Shown here piece by piece: positions 25,040 through 25,715 of a stretch of 25,715 bases of DNA. The notes under the pieces were generated by a model. It was not told the origin of the DNA. It did no database searches and worked only from the letters and a program-made list of their open reading frames with translations. The stretch's first letter is position 1, and every line of letters begins with the position of its first letter. The stretch lies in the IMG/VR virus record IMGVR_UViG_3300021426_000082; one strand, 5' to 3'. This DNA is from an uncultured virus (IMG/VR IMGVR_UViG_3300021426_000082) (lineage: Duplodnaviria; Heunggongvirae; Uroviricota; Caudoviricetes). The position numbers and the translations under genes were made by a program.

Positions 25040-25255
25040 ATGAACAAATGTAATATCTGCCAAAAAGAACTTAGTTACAAGGATGGCGAAACTGCCCTGA
25101 TGATGGCTTTTGTGAGGCACAACACGACAAACCTTATCAATGTGGGTCTGTGCAAAGAGTGTTACGAGATATTTATGGATGAGCCAATGCGGATGCTTAA
25201 TGAGAAATGCATGCTGAATATCAACTTCGGAGATGAGGATGGTGAGCCGGAATGA
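25040..25255 (+). CDS. Small Zn-ribbon protein
   Basis: CNIC...LCKEC; junction-motif SD. Confidence 0.7.
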   Translation: MNKCNICQKELSYKDGETALMMAFVRHNTTNLINVGLCKECYEIFMDEPMRMLNEKCMLNINFGDEDGEPE

Positions 25256-25401
25256 GACTTATATATGCGCTTTTTGCCTTAATTATATTTTTATTCTTTT
25301 TAAGCATTTCAATTTATATGAAATCAGCTTCCGCAGACGCACAGTTGATTTCGATTGCAATCGTCGCAGCAGGCGCATTGGCAGGGGGTGATGGAAAATG
25401 A
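25252..25401 (+). CDS. Small membrane protein (49 aa)
   Basis: Translated by hand: MRLIYALFALIIFLFFLSISI... Confidence 0.6.
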   Translation: MRLIYALFALIIFLFFLSISIYMKSASADAQLISIAIVAAGALAGGDGK

Positions 25402-25715
25402 TTATATGTGGATTCCCTGGAGTTGGAAAAACTATGATGGCAAAGTTTTCACGCTGGGTAGATTTGGAAAGTACGCCATTTAGCTATCGTGGTCAATGGT
25501 TGCTTTACGCAGAAGTGGCAAAGCATATGAGCGACAATGGCTATACGGTAATGGTATCAACACATACAGAAATGCTTGAAGCACTTGAACAGATAGAAGC
25601 AAGATACACTGTTGTGATACCGCCTATAACAGATAAAGATACATACCTTCGTCGGTATGATTTGAGAGGAAACACAGATGATTTTATTCAGCATTTGGCT
25701 GAGAATTGGGAGAGG
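25398..25715 (+). CDS. P-loop NTPase/nucleotide-kinase-like phage protein, 3'-truncated
   Basis: Translated by hand: MIICGFPGVGKT (Walker A)...DLES...RGN..FI..NWE; frame open to the window end. Confidence 0.75.
   Translation, partial: MIICGFPGVGKTMMAKFSRWVDLESTPFSYRGQWLLYAEVAKHMSDNGYTVMVSTHTEMLEALEQIEARYTVVIPPITDKDTYLRRYDLRGNTDDFIQHLAENWER

Larger units (their letters stand above)
1..25715 (+). mobile_element. Temperate bacteriophage segment (methylation, integration and early/replication regions), apparently non-integrated form
   Basis: Unidirectional dense small ORFs, xis-int-attP, RusA, Lar-like protein, replication initiator plus G39P-like gene, orphan MTases; no host housekeeping genes. 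Confidence 0.95.

Noticed and set aside
122..25047. Numerous minus-strand ORFs in the ORF track (e.g. 8022..8714, 23825..24427, 3096..3638)
   Set aside because: They are shadows of well-supported + strand genes and have no recognisable motifs.

Overview
The window is part of a temperate phage genome, probably from a Firmicutes (Clostridia-like) host. Host assignment is inferred from gene families and strong SD sequences. Essentially all real genes are on the + strand, tightly packed with ATGA/TAATG overlaps. In order: (1) a 5'-truncated HNH/NUMOD gene; (2) four orphan DNA methyltransferases (two N4/N6 beta-type, one C5, one Dam/D12-type) interleaved with small ORFs; (3) xis plus a tyrosine integrase, followed by an intact attP (8-bp inverted core around a 7-bp spacer, with 3+3 TGGTGTAGTA arm repeats), so this is probably the excised/virion form; (4) a sigma-A promoter driving RusA, a secreted L,D-transpeptidase-like protein, tandem Cys-rich paralogues, DUF4313 and a cell-wall-binding-repeat protein; (5) a long array of short, often Cys-rich hypothetical genes, including an XRE-HTH fusion and a Lar-like protein; (6) a replication initiator with internal iterons and a G39P-like helicase loader/inhibitor; (7) a second promoter with more small genes, ending in a truncated P-loop protein. 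The most notable signals are a conserved ~16-bp gene-junction motif (AGG(A/T)GAGCA(G/A)GAATGA) that delimits many small genes like cassettes, sliding-clamp-binding-like tails on three of the four methyltransferases, a fully readable attP carrying a possible replacement 3' end for a host gene, and a phage L,D-transpeptidase with a variant active-site motif. All family assignments come from motif recognition by eye, not from database searches.
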